Source: Parcubacteria bacterium DG_74_1
GTDB lineage: Bacteria > Patescibacteriota > Minisyncoccia > Minisyncoccales > DG-74-1
NCBI GenBank assembly: GCA_001303125.1
Contig: LJNE01000002.1
Coordinates: 35,564-99,563 of the forward strand
DNA length: 64,000 bases
Direction: 5' to 3'
The position numbers were made by a program, and so were the translations under genes. How positions within the stretch are numbered: the stretch's first letter is position 1; the number at the start of each line of letters is the position of its first letter. The notes under the pieces are model-generated. The model ran no database searches. It was not told the DNA's origin and was given only the letters and a program-made list of their open reading frames with translations. Shown piece by piece: positions 17,155-27,145 of the stretch.

Positions 17155-19347
17155 CTAATTAGGTGTGGGAACTAGAGATGTCGCCCATGCGGGATTAATC
17201 TCAATTGCTTCCTTAATTTTTCTTTGAGTCAGCTCATTATCTCCCATAATTTGGGCTATTCGAACAACTATGAGGTGAGACTGGAAAAGATTCGGTTCCA
17301 GCGCTACAGCTTTCTCAGCTAAAGAAAGGGCTTCATCTGGTCTTCCTTGATAGATCCGGGTTTGGGCCAACGACCAATAGCCCTGCTGATTGGTCGGGCT
17401 AACCTCTATTGCTCTTCCCAAAACTCTTTCTGCTCCAGACATTTTCGTCGGGTCAAGTAAAACGGCGTAAGCATTGTAAAGTTGGCCTAATCTTAGGTAA
17501 GCATTGTAAAGTTGTCCTAATTTTAGATAAGCGCGGAAGTCCAACGGCGATTCTGTGATGCTTTTTTCCAGTTCTTCAATCACAAAATCGAGCTCTTCTT
17601 TAAAGTTTTCAACCGGCACTTGTTCTGCTACCTGTTCACTCTGGGCAAGCTCCAGAGTGGTTTGACCAAAGAACTCTCTTATTTGATATTTTCCCAAGGG
17701 AGAACTTGCCAGGGCTTTTTTGTATAAATCCAGGCGTCCGGCTGAGGAGGCCGCTGGCACTCCTAGGCTAGCAACAGTATAATAAGAAGTTTTCAGAGGT
17801 TGAATTACAAAATAAAAGAAGGAAAAAGCGAATAAAATTAGGAAAATTAGAGAAAACCAGGGTTTTACGGAAATATTTTTCTGAGGAATGAGTTCTTCTC
17901 TTGGCACAGCCACGCTAGCTACAAAACCTAAAACCAAAAAGAACATCAAATAACTGGAAATCATATCAAAGACAGTTAAGTTCTGAATAGAATAACCTAT
18001 TAAAACAACGCTGAAAATTCCGGCCGTCCAAAACTCTACTCCACCACCTGGGCTTTTTATTTTTTGGTTATTATCTCCAAAAGTATTTTCACGATATTTC
18101 TCGGAATCATCTGAAACAGGTGGGGCATAAAAAATAAGATATCTTTTCCATAGAAGATAGAAAATAGCTAGAAAAATCCCGAGGTAACTTACCATTCCCA
18201 AAATACCCGTAGTAACTAAAGTGTCAAAAATAATGTTGTGCGCCCGGTCGTACCAAATATCGACGCCACACTTCGGAGTACCCATGCAAGGATTGTAATT
18301 TTTCATAAAGGAAAGTTCGAAATTTTCCAGCCCCCAACCCAAAAGTGGCTTTTCTAAAAAACCTTTCCAAGATTCCTGCCAGACTGGTAATCTTCCGCCG
18401 ATAGTTTCCATGTACGCCTGGCCGACAAATCTCTCGGCTATCTCTTTCCTAACGAAGCTATCCGGTTGAAAAGCAAGAAAGACAAAATAAAGAGTGGAAA
18501 TAAGAAAAACAACCAAGAGAAAAGCTCCGACCAATTTTAAAACTCCCTTTTTATAAAAAATTAGCCAGAGAAAAAACAATATAACTAAGCTAAATAAGAA
18601 AGACAGCTTAGCTGCCCTCGCCCCGTTCACCAACATGAACGTCAGAAGAATTATTAAAAAACAAATAACACCCCACCATCTATATATATTCTGCAATTTT
18701 ATTTCTTTTCCGGGGCCAAAAATCAAATAAAGAGCGAAAAAAATAACGAATACGAAACAAGTACCCAAGAAAGAAGTGTTGCCCACGGTTGCTCCACCTC
18801 GCATGGCCGGATTTGTTGAGGAAAGAGCAATAAATCCCAGGATCACGCCGACGGAAACAGCCACAGCAAAAATTTTAAACCAATCTTCTTTTTTACGAAA
18901 GACGGAAGAAACTACCAAAAAGAAGGCGAACAGATGAAACCACATTAAAAGCCCGGTCATTCTTTCCGGTTTTGACCAAAAGCTATAAGAGGGATTCTCA
19001 CCAAAAGCAGAGCTTAGGGTCAGAACGACCAAAAATAAAATCAAGGCGACCAAGAGGGGATTCTTCTGAGGACGATACTGAGGAAAATAAAAAATCAAAA
19101 ATAACCAGATAAAGAACATAATCTGTACCAAGCCCATAAAATATAAACTTTTCGGACTGACAAAAGGAAAGAAAAAATTTCCGTTCATAATCAAGGGGGT
19201 GAATAGAGTTAAATAAGTTATCGCGGTAATAATAAAAAGACACAGCTCTTCCACGTGAGTTTTAGGTCTGAGCTGTCTTTCTTTCCAGTTCTCCCCAAGA
19301 TTTTTACTGGCAAACCTTTCTCTTTTTTCTCTAGATCTCTTTCCCAT
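17155..19347 (-). CDS. O-antigen ligase / oligosaccharyltransferase-like membrane protein with C-terminal TPRs
   Basis: Many TM segments, GRLPVW, PLLGWGLENF, DRAHN; TPR tail. Confidence 0.85.
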   Translation of the reverse strand: MGKRSREKRERFASKNLGENWKERQLRPKTHVEELCLFIITAITYLTLFTPLIMNGNFFFPFVSPKSLYFMGLVQIMFFIWLFLIFYFPQYRPQKNPLLVALILFLVVLTLSSAFGENPSYSFWSKPERMTGLLMWFHLFAFFLVVSSVFRKKEDWFKIFAVAVSVGVILGFIALSSTNPAMRGGATVGNTSFLGTCFVFVIFFALYLIFGPGKEIKLQNIYRWWGVICFLIILLTFMLVNGARAAKLSFLFSLVILFFLWLIFYKKGVLKLVGAFLLVVFLISTLYFVFLAFQPDSFVRKEIAERFVGQAYMETIGGRLPVWQESWKGFLEKPLLGWGLENFELSFMKNYNPCMGTPKCGVDIWYDRAHNIIFDTLVTTGILGMVSYLGIFLAIFYLLWKRYLIFYAPPVSDDSEKYRENTFGDNNQKIKSPGGGVEFWTAGIFSVVLIGYSIQNLTVFDMISSYLMFFLVLGFVASVAVPREELIPQKNISVKPWFSLIFLILFAFSFFYFVIQPLKTSYYTVASLGVPAASSAGRLDLYKKALASSPLGKYQIREFFGQTTLELAQSEQVAEQVPVENFKEELDFVIEELEKSITESPLDFRAYLKLGQLYNAYLRLGQLYNAYAVLLDPTKMSGAERVLGRAIEVSPTNQQGYWSLAQTRIYQGRPDEALSLAEKAVALEPNLFQSHLIVVRIAQIMGDNELTQRKIKEAIEINPAWATSLVPTPN
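17467..17532. repeat. 30-bp in-frame tandem duplication (AYLKLGQLYN/AYLRLGQLYN)
   Basis: taagcattgtaaagttg occurs twice, 30 bp apart. Confidence 0.85.
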
Positions 19348-21175
19348 AGCGGAAATTAGGTATAAGTTCTCCTAGAATTTTTATTATTCTCTCTTTGTCT
19401 CCATTATAAGCTACTTTTTCTAATTTTTTAAGTGCCGAGTTCAGCTTGTTTTTGTTGACTTGAGCCAGTTTTGCCATAAATATCTTTTTATTTTGGGTGG
19501 CGGCAGTGCCTTCCTCGGCAGTCAGCAAGTCCTCAAAAAGTTTTTCTCCGGCCCGCGGTTCAGAAAATACAATGGGAACGTCTTTATCGGGTTCCAGACC
19601 GGAAAGTAAAATCAATTCTCTCGCTAAATCCATTATTTTTATCGGGTCTCCCATGTCCAAAACGAACACTTCTCCTCCTTCTCCCATGGCTCCGGCCTGT
19701 AGGACCAACAAACAAGCCTCGGGAGTAGTCATAAAATACCTTTTCATTTCAGAATGAGTAATTTCGATCGGCTCTCTTTTTTTGATTTTCTCTTTAAAAA
19801 GAGGTATTACACTCCCCCGGCTACCCAAAACGTTGCCAAACCTAACCGAAATGAACTTGGTTTTCCCCTTATTTAACATCTGGCAAATCATCTCGCTCGC
19901 TCTTTTTGTCGCTCCCATTATCGAAGTCGGATTGACTGCCTTATCGGTGGAAATAAAAATAAACTTTTCAATTCCATTTGTTAAGGCCGCCTCGGCAATG
20001 ACTTTTGTTCCAAAAATATTATTTTTGACTGCTTCGTCAGGATTTTCTTCCATCAAAGGAACGTGTTTGTAGGCTGCGGCATGAAAAACGATTTCCGGCG
20101 CAATAAAGCCGAAAATGCGATCTATTTTTTCTTTATCTCTAATGTCCGCCACAAAAGACATAACGTCGGAGAATTTATTTTTCAACTCGTTTTCTATATT
20201 AAAAATTCCGGTTTCGTCCTGGTCCAGTAAAAACAGGTGGCCCGGACGAAATTTAATTATTTGCCGGCAAAGTTCTGAACCAATAGAACCTGCCGCACCG
20301 GTAACCAAAATCTTTTTATTTTCAATAAAACTTTCAATTAATTCCGTTTCCAAAACTACAGGCTCTCTGCCCAGCAAATCTTCCATTTCAACATCTTTTA
20401 GATCGCCGAGGCTTATCTTGCCGTCAATCAGTTCATCTAGAGGAGGAACTATTTTGATTTTTCGCAAACCGGCATTCCTTCCACGTTCCACCGCCCCTCT
20501 GATTGTTTGGGAATCTGCTGAAGGTAAAGCCACAATCAAACCATCTATTCCTTCCTTCTTGGCTACTTGGGGAATATCTCTAATTCTACCTAAAACCCTT
20601 ACTCCGTGAATTAAATTCCCTTGTTTTGCCGAGTGGTCATCAACAAAACCGGCTGGCAAATAGGGGCTAGTGGCCGAACTTAAGATATTCCTTAAAATTT
20701 GCTCTCCGGCGTCGCCAGCACCGACGATTAAAGTTTTCTCTTTTTCTCCTTTCTTTCCGGTCGGGAAAGTTTGTAAATAAATTCTTTTGGCAAAACGAGC
20801 TCCGCCACAAAGAAAAAAAATAAAAAAATAACTAATAAAAAGGGTAGAGCGAGGGAAACCGGTAAAAATCGGATAGTCCCGTAAAACAAAAAAGGCACTG
20901 GTAAGTAGTAAGAAACTTAAAGCTGTCCCCTTTATCAAAGAAGTTAACTCTTCGGTGCTAACATAGGCCCAAGTAAAAGAATAAAGTCTTAAAAAATAAA
21001 AAATGGGTAGAGTAATTAACAGGGCCAAAAGAATTACTCCCCAAATATTGATAAAATAATGGTCCGGAATTTGACCTTCGAACCTAACCATAAAAGCTGA
21101 AAAAACCGAAAACAGAATTAAAATTATATCAGCTAATAGAAATGAAATTTTCCCTTCTGGAATTAATCTAAACAC
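19331..21175 (-). CDS. Membrane-bound UDP-GlcNAc 4,6-dehydratase (PglF/CapD/WbpM family)
   Basis: TM N-terminus, GAGDAG, GAAGSIGSEL, HAAAYKHVP, STDKAV, RFGNVLGSRGSV. Confidence 0.9.
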   Translation of the reverse strand: MFRLIPEGKISFLLADIILILFSVFSAFMVRFEGQIPDHYFINIWGVILLALLITLPIFYFLRLYSFTWAYVSTEELTSLIKGTALSFLLLTSAFFVLRDYPIFTGFPRSTLFISYFFIFFLCGGARFAKRIYLQTFPTGKKGEKEKTLIVGAGDAGEQILRNILSSATSPYLPAGFVDDHSAKQGNLIHGVRVLGRIRDIPQVAKKEGIDGLIVALPSADSQTIRGAVERGRNAGLRKIKIVPPLDELIDGKISLGDLKDVEMEDLLGREPVVLETELIESFIENKKILVTGAAGSIGSELCRQIIKFRPGHLFLLDQDETGIFNIENELKNKFSDVMSFVADIRDKEKIDRIFGFIAPEIVFHAAAYKHVPLMEENPDEAVKNNIFGTKVIAEAALTNGIEKFIFISTDKAVNPTSIMGATKRASEMICQMLNKGKTKFISVRFGNVLGSRGSVIPLFKEKIKKREPIEITHSEMKRYFMTTPEACLLVLQAGAMGEGGEVFVLDMGDPIKIMDLARELILLSGLEPDKDVPIVFSEPRAGEKLFEDLLTAEEGTAATQNKKIFMAKLAQVNKNKLNSALKKLEKVAYNGDKERIIKILGELIPNFRYGKEI

Positions 21176-22298
21176 GATTATAAAATTCTTTTATGCATTT
21201 TATTACATAATTAACCTCTTTGTCTGTTAACTCGGGATAAATCGGAAGCCTTACAGATTCCCTCGCTATCCTTTCGGTGATGGGTAAATTAAAGTGTTCC
21301 ATTCCCAATCCTTTTAATTTATGGTTTGGAATTGTATCTCTAATCAAGAGCTCTACCCCTTTGCCGTCCATATACTTTTTAAATTTCCACATATTTTTTA
21401 CTTTAATAATATATTCCTGGTAAATCTGTTTGGGTTGTTGAGTCGGAAGGATACAAGGCAAATTTTTTAAGCCCTTATTATACATCATTCCTATTTTTCT
21501 CCTTCTTTTAAGCATTGCTGGGTAATATTTAAGTTTTATATTTAAAACAGCTGCCTGAACATTGTCTAATCTGCTATTATACCCCCACTCCATAATCTTG
21601 GGCGTCTTTGGCTGGGCTCCGTGCAATGCTCCTTGAGTAATATTCCAGTGATTTCGCATCAGTAAAAGCCTCTGGTATAGTTTTCGGTTATTTGTCACTA
21701 TTCCTCCACCATCTCCGGCTCCCCCCAGGGTCTTGGGCGATATAAAGCTAAAACAACCCGTATCTCCTATACCTCCCGCTAATTTCTTATCCCAATATGC
21801 GCCCAAAGCTTGACAAGCATCCTCGACAATCCATAATTTGTATTTTTTAGCTATTCTCATAATTTCATCCATATCACACACCTTCCCTGACAAATGAACT
21901 GGGACAATCCCCACTGTTCTTTTAGTAATCGCTTTTTCAATAAGAGAAACGTCGATTAACCCATCTTCTCCGACGTCAATTAAAATGGGCCTTGCCCCCA
22001 AATGAACTATTTCTTCTATAGAAGAAATAAAAGTGTGACCGACAGTTACAACTTCGTCTCCGGGTCCGCAACCCAAAACTCTATAAGAAAGCTTCAAGGC
22101 ATCAGTTCCCGAATTAACGCCAACAGCATATTTTACTCTCACAAACTTCGCCAACTTTCCCTCAAATTCTAGGAGGTCCTTCCTCAAAACAAAATTACCC
22201 AAAGAAAAACATTTATCAATTGCCCATAAAATCTCTCTTCTGTGGGTCTTATAATATCGACGGTAACTTGAATTTATAAAATCTACTTTGTACTTCAT
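21168..22298 (-). CDS. DegT/DnrJ/EryC1/StrS aminotransferase
   Basis: NSGTDAL, EDACQA, PKTLGG; start chosen at MKYKV to avoid overlap with the upstream gene. Confidence 0.88.
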   Translation of the reverse strand: MKYKVDFINSSYRRYYKTHRREILWAIDKCFSLGNFVLRKDLLEFEGKLAKFVRVKYAVGVNSGTDALKLSYRVLGCGPGDEVVTVGHTFISSIEEIVHLGARPILIDVGEDGLIDVSLIEKAITKRTVGIVPVHLSGKVCDMDEIMRIAKKYKLWIVEDACQALGAYWDKKLAGGIGDTGCFSFISPKTLGGAGDGGGIVTNNRKLYQRLLLMRNHWNITQGALHGAQPKTPKIMEWGYNSRLDNVQAAVLNIKLKYYPAMLKRRRKIGMMYNKGLKNLPCILPTQQPKQIYQEYIIKVKNMWKFKKYMDGKGVELLIRDTIPNHKLKGLGMEHFNLPITERIARESVRLPIYPELTDKEVNYVIKCIKEFYNRV

Positions 22299-22348
22299 GT
22301 GATTTATATTTCTTTCGAAGCAGAAATTATTTCCAGGGTTATTAATTT

Positions 22349-22849
22349 TTATATTCTTATATAGCAAGGCGAATTCACCCTGTATGTTTCTAAAATGATC
22401 TTTTTAACTTCTTGGGGTGTCTTCGCGATAAATGTTTTAAAGTCAGGTAAGTGTTCCAAAATTTTTATTTCTTCTTTTTCTTCAATAAGGTTGTGCGAAA
22501 AGCCCAAAAATTTGTATCGCTCGCTACCTTTTACTCCGATGATTTTTACATTGGCTTTATGTAGACAGACGGCATTCCTGACCGCCTCATAAGGCCTGAA
22601 GGTTACAAAATTTATCATACTGTAAACATAGGGCTTTAGGCCGGATAAAGCCATGCCCGCGGCAATTGTCATCACGCTTTGCTCGGTAACCCCAAAGTTC
22701 AAAACTTTAAACTTATTTCCAGGATCATCCAGATAATTAAAGCCGACGTCAGGAATAATAACGATAATATTCGGGTCTTTCTCTGCCAAAATATTTAACG
22801 TTTCTACAAAAGTTCTCCTTGTGTCTTGTTGTTTAATTATTTCAGCCAT
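22349..22849 (-). CDS. Transketolase pyrimidine-binding domain only
   Basis: NFGVTEQ, AAGMALSG, FSH; 166 aa with no C-terminal domain. Confidence 0.8.
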   Translation of the reverse strand: MAEIIKQQDTRRTFVETLNILAEKDPNIIVIIPDVGFNYLDDPGNKFKVLNFGVTEQSVMTIAAGMALSGLKPYVYSMINFVTFRPYEAVRNAVCLHKANVKIIGVKGSERYKFLGFSHNLIEEKEEIKILEHLPDFKTFIAKTPQEVKKIILETYRVNSPCYIRI

Positions 22850-23639
22850 TTGACTTTAATTCTTTTAAAGCTTTCTGATATTCTTCGTCAGAAGGAGCTT
22901 TATAGTGGTATAAATTCGCCCCCTCCATAAAGCTTACCCCCTTCCCTTTAATTGTTCTGGCAATGATAACCATCGGCTTTTGAGATACGGAGTCAAGAAG
23001 GGCTTTTTCTATTTCTTCAGAATTGTGCCCGTCAATCTCTCTGACTTCCCAGCCAAAAGCTTCCCACTTATCTTTCAAGGGCTCAATGTTCAAAATATCT
23101 TTGACCCTGCCCATTGCCTGTAATCCGTTGAAATCCACAATAACAACCAAATTGTTTAATTTATGATGCGCTCCGATAAGAGCTGACTCCCAAGTTGTAC
23201 CGCAATCCATTTCTCCGTCTGACATTAAGACAAACACTCTCCCCTTCTCTTGTTTTATTTTTTTTGCCAAAGCAAATCCAACGCCAAAAGGTAACCCAAA
23301 CCCCATTGAGCCTCCAGCTGCTTCCACTCCTCTCACGCTAGGTTCTATGAGGCCGATATACTTACTGCCCTCTTTGCAATAAGTGCCTAAATCTTCTTTC
23401 GGAATAATCTCCTTTTTCGCCAAGAAAAAATATACGGAAGCTGCCACCCAGCCTTTTGAAACAACTACCCTGTCCCTATCTTCTTTCAAATCCTTGTCTA
23501 TATCGGCAATACTATACAGAACCGTAAGTATATCTATAGACGAAAAATTACTACCAATATGACTCGTCTGCGCCCGATAAATCATTTCCAGTACTTTTTT
23601 TCTTGCTTCTAAAGCGATTTTTTTATAATTTTCAGGCAT
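22842..23639 (-). CDS. Transketolase N-terminal (TPP-binding) subunit
   Basis: HIGS, SDGEMDCG...N TPP motif, DGHN, TIKGKG. Confidence 0.88.
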   Translation of the reverse strand: MPENYKKIALEARKKVLEMIYRAQTSHIGSNFSSIDILTVLYSIADIDKDLKEDRDRVVVSKGWVAASVYFFLAKKEIIPKEDLGTYCKEGSKYIGLIEPSVRGVEAAGGSMGFGLPFGVGFALAKKIKQEKGRVFVLMSDGEMDCGTTWESALIGAHHKLNNLVVIVDFNGLQAMGRVKDILNIEPLKDKWEAFGWEVREIDGHNSEEIEKALLDSVSQKPMVIIARTIKGKGVSFMEGANLYHYKAPSDEEYQKALKELKSNG

Positions 23640-24225
23640 TGAAAACTTTAAATATCGTCTTGATGACTATCTTTAAGTCTAACAAAAAAGAATGATTTTT
23701 TACATACTCTATTTGAAGCCGTATTTTCTCCGGTCTAATCTTTTCCATATAAGTTTTTTCCGGATCCAAACTGCCCTTTAATACTTCTCCCTCGTGAAAA
23801 TTCCATAAAGACGCTAAATCCGTCACTCCGGGTTTTACAGAAAGGATAGTTTTTCTTTCCTCAAAAGTCATCATATTAACATATACCTTCACTTCGGGTC
23901 TCGGTCCCACAAAACTCATTTCGCCTTTTAAAACGTTTATCAATTGAGGCAATTCGTCAAGCTGATAGTTCTTTAAAAAACGACCAACTTTCAACAACCT
24001 CGGGTCGTCTCCGGCGGTTGAGGCCCCTCCTACTTTCTCAGCATCAACAATCATTGTCCTAAACTTAAAAATCCTGAAGGGTTTTCCGTCCTTTCCGGCC
24101 CTTTCTCCGCGATAAAAAACCGGTCCCGGCGACTCTCGCTTTATTAAAATCGCAATGGCTAAAAACAGGGGCGAAGCTAAAATCATCCCCAAAACAGAAA
24201 AAATAATATCAAATAATCTTTTCAT
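23632..24225 (-). CDS. Priming phosphoglycosyl transferase (bacterial sugar transferase)
   Basis: KRLFD, KFRTM, LDELPQ, VGPRP. Confidence 0.92.
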   Translation of the reverse strand: MKRLFDIIFSVLGMILASPLFLAIAILIKRESPGPVFYRGERAGKDGKPFRIFKFRTMIVDAEKVGGASTAGDDPRLLKVGRFLKNYQLDELPQLINVLKGEMSFVGPRPEVKVYVNMMTFEERKTILSVKPGVTDLASLWNFHEGEVLKGSLDPEKTYMEKIRPEKIRLQIEYVKNHSFLLDLKIVIKTIFKVFNA

Positions 24226-24231
24226 ATAAAT

Positions 24232-25011
24232 TTATTTTAACCTCGGTTCGCTAAAAATAAAAACGATTTTAAATGAGTATTTTTTTAAAAAAAATACGTT
24301 AAGCAATGGCCTTTCAATTACTTCTAAAATTTTCAATAAAATCTTTCCAGCCGACGCATTTAAAAAAGGAAACGCTAACCAGGAAATAAGATGAAAACAA
24401 TGAACTTCAACCTTATTGAAATACTTTTCCGCTTCTTTCAAATCTTTAATTTTGAATATGTGCTCTGTCGCCCAGTCGGTTCGTTTTCTCAATAATTTAT
24501 TAATTTTCCTTTTAAAATTCGTAAATGGATTGTGGCCGAAAGTTTCAATTCCAATTAAGAAACCTTGTGGCTTCAAAACGCGAGATAATTCAGGGTAGGC
24601 CTTCTTTAAATCTATAGAAGAAAAAGTACCGCCGTCAAAAATAATATCAAAATAATTTTCGGGGAATTCTATTTTTTCACAATCCATCAATAAAAACTTT
24701 ACTTTATCTTCTATTTTCTCTCTTTTTATTTTCTCCTTAGCGATCTCAAGCGACTTTTTAGAAAGATCAATCCCGACCACCTCTGCTCCGCATCTCGCAG
24801 GAAAAACAGAATGAATCCCATTGCCACAGCCATAATCTAAAACTTTCTTGCCTCGGCAATTTTTTTTTACAAACTGGTAAAGAAAATTATAGCTTGAAAG
24901 TAGATTTGGACTAAAACCTTCAAAGTCTACTTGTTGACCTTTCTTTTCTCTTAGCGATTCTTCTGCTCTCTTATCATAATATTCAATTTCTTTGTTCTTT
25001 CTTTCTTCCAT
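24232..25011 (-). CDS. Class I SAM-dependent methyltransferase
   Basis: VLDYGCGNG, RVLKPQG. Confidence 0.88.
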   Translation of the reverse strand: MEERKNKEIEYYDKRAEESLREKKGQQVDFEGFSPNLLSSYNFLYQFVKKNCRGKKVLDYGCGNGIHSVFPARCGAEVVGIDLSKKSLEIAKEKIKREKIEDKVKFLLMDCEKIEFPENYFDIIFDGGTFSSIDLKKAYPELSRVLKPQGFLIGIETFGHNPFTNFKRKINKLLRKRTDWATEHIFKIKDLKEAEKYFNKVEVHCFHLISWLAFPFLNASAGKILLKILEVIERPLLNVFFLKKYSFKIVFIFSEPRLK

Positions 25012-25017
25012 AATAAT

Positions 25018-26025
25018 TTATTTTGCTAATTTTATTAACCCAAAAATAGAACCTAGGCCGTAGCTAAAATGACGGATCACAAAGGCGATGGGTAAGACGA
25101 GAAGGTATTCAATTCCTTTTTTAATAGAAATTCTCAAAGAAAAAAATAAATTTAGTAACAAATAACTGCCCAAAAGTAGATCAAATAATATTTTAGCTGC
25201 CAAAAAGAAAAAGCTTAAAACAAAAAGCCCTAATACTCCCGAGACAAGAAAGAGGGGTATTAAGTGCCGCCAAGAAAAAATCTTAATCTTAAATTTCAAA
25301 GGATAAGTAACCCACACGCCATCATTAAAATTATGTTGTAAAAAATCTTTAAGACTAGCTTGGGGGTAATAATAACTTATAATATCGGGGGCTAAGAGAA
25401 TTTTTCCTCCGGATTTTTTTAACCTTAAATTGAACTCCATATCCTGACTTCTCCTTAAATTTTCATTGAAGAGACCTACTTTATCAAAAACCTCTCTTTT
25501 ATAACAGCCGCCAAAAACAGTATCTACTTCTCTGGCAACTTTTGAGCCCAATCTGAAATAAGAACCCCCTACCCCGAAAAAGGAGGATAATGAAACTGCA
25601 ATAGATTTGGCAATTAAGGTATCTTTGACTGGTATCGCTCTCACTACTCCCCCAATATTATCAACGTTATATTTATTTAAATATTTTACACACTTTGAAA
25701 CATAATCTTTTTCATAACTAGCGTGAGCGCCCATTAATACTATAGCTTCTCCCTTTGCTTCTTTGATTCCAATATTAAAGGCGAAATTAGTAAATTTCTT
25801 CTGATTCTCTAAAATTTTAATAAATGGATATTTTTGACCGTAGTTCTGCACAATTTTCCTTGTTCTATCTCCTGACATCCCGTCAACAACAAAAACCTCT
25901 ATTCTTTCTTTTGGATAATCCTGAGAAATAATAGAATCTAAACATTTTCCAATAAATTTTTCTTCATTCCGACAGGGAATAATAATTGAAACAAGGGAGA
26001 AATTATTTTTAAAATAAGCCTTCAT
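25018..26025 (-). CDS. GT2 glycosyltransferase (ExoA-like)
   Basis: SIIIPCRNEE, VDGMSGD, SQDMEFN, C-terminal TM segments. Confidence 0.88.
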   Translation of the reverse strand: MKAYFKNNFSLVSIIIPCRNEEKFIGKCLDSIISQDYPKERIEVFVVDGMSGDRTRKIVQNYGQKYPFIKILENQKKFTNFAFNIGIKEAKGEAIVLMGAHASYEKDYVSKCVKYLNKYNVDNIGGVVRAIPVKDTLIAKSIAVSLSSFFGVGGSYFRLGSKVAREVDTVFGGCYKREVFDKVGLFNENLRRSQDMEFNLRLKKSGGKILLAPDIISYYYPQASLKDFLQHNFNDGVWVTYPLKFKIKIFSWRHLIPLFLVSGVLGLFVLSFFFLAAKILFDLLLGSYLLLNLFFSLRISIKKGIEYLLVLPIAFVIRHFSYGLGSIFGLIKLAK

Positions 26026-27142
26026 AAACCTTTAGAAGTTTTTTGCTTTCATTTTCCCAAACAAATTTATCCTGGCATTTAAAAGTATTTTTTTTCTTTT
26101 CTTCAATATCTTCTTTGGAAATTTTCTCCACTAATCGCCTTACCGATTTTTCATCAACTGTAACCTTCCAGCCGCAGTTGTTCTCATCGATGACCTTTCC
26201 CATTTCCGGGAAATCGCTAACAATCACTGGCAGTCCGCTCAAAAGATATTCGAAAAGTTTATTAGGTAGAGAATAAAAATAACTCAAGCAAATATTTTCA
26301 ATTAAAGATATTCCCACATCGGCACCAGTCGTATAATATATGACTTCCTCTGGCTTTACGGCCGGCTGGAAATGAATATTGCGATATTTCTTTTCATACT
26401 CTTTAATTTTTCCCTCTAACCCTCCATAACCCATAAAAACGATGTGTTTTTTTGAATCAATCCTAGAGAAAACATTTAAAAGGATGTTATTCCCTCTTCC
26501 TTCGCCCAGAGCCCCTTGGTTTATGTACAGTATTTCATCTTCTTTAATATCAAACTTTCTCTTTAAAATATCATTCTGTTTTATTTTTTGTCGATAAGGG
26601 AAATTTCTAACAATATAGATATTGTTTAAGTTGTGTCTATTCTTATACCATTCAGCTATTGAATCACTCACTACAATAAGAATATCTACATAATTTATTA
26701 AAATCCTTTCAGCTATTTTAAATGGGATTTTTCTTATTTTTGATACCCTAGCTCCTTCAGTTTCCAATTCGTGAGTGTCATAAACCAGCTTCGACTTTTT
26801 GGACAATTTAAACAATAATCCCAAAGGCAACACAGGTAGAGAGTGGCAATTGACTAGAATAACATTTTCTCTCTTGAAATTGAGTAGTATCTTTAACATC
26901 CATTCGGTATATTTCAGTAATTTAAAAAAAGAGGTTGATGGTAAAAATTTCAATTTTAAAGGGACTCTCCATATTTCTCGCTTAATATCCAGCTTTTCCC
27001 GTTCTCTAGCCCCCTCTTCCCAGATTCCTAAAATAAAAACCTTATCCATCAAGCCAGAATTAACGATGGTCTCTGTTTCTTTTAAAATCCGACTTTCGTG
27101 TCTAATATTGGAAGGATAAATATGTAAATTTATTTTTCTCAC
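26009..27142 (-). CDS. GT4 glycosyltransferase
   Basis: VYDTHE, SLPNKLFEY, GLPVIVSD. Confidence 0.88.
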   Translation of the reverse strand: MRKINLHIYPSNIRHESRILKETETIVNSGLMDKVFILGIWEEGAREREKLDIKREIWRVPLKLKFLPSTSFFKLLKYTEWMLKILLNFKRENVILVNCHSLPVLPLGLLFKLSKKSKLVYDTHELETEGARVSKIRKIPFKIAERILINYVDILIVVSDSIAEWYKNRHNLNNIYIVRNFPYRQKIKQNDILKRKFDIKEDEILYINQGALGEGRGNNILLNVFSRIDSKKHIVFMGYGGLEGKIKEYEKKYRNIHFQPAVKPEEVIYYTTGADVGISLIENICLSYFYSLPNKLFEYLLSGLPVIVSDFPEMGKVIDENNCGWKVTVDEKSVRRLVEKISKEDIEEKKKNTFKCQDKFVWENESKKLLKVYEGLF

Positions 27143-27145
27143 TTT

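Noticed and set aside
18998-19243. Same-strand alternative-frame ORFs nested in longer genes (also 31186-31371, 32534-32731, 40117-40338, 57221-57406)
   Set aside because: Host genes are intact and the nested peptides show no motifs
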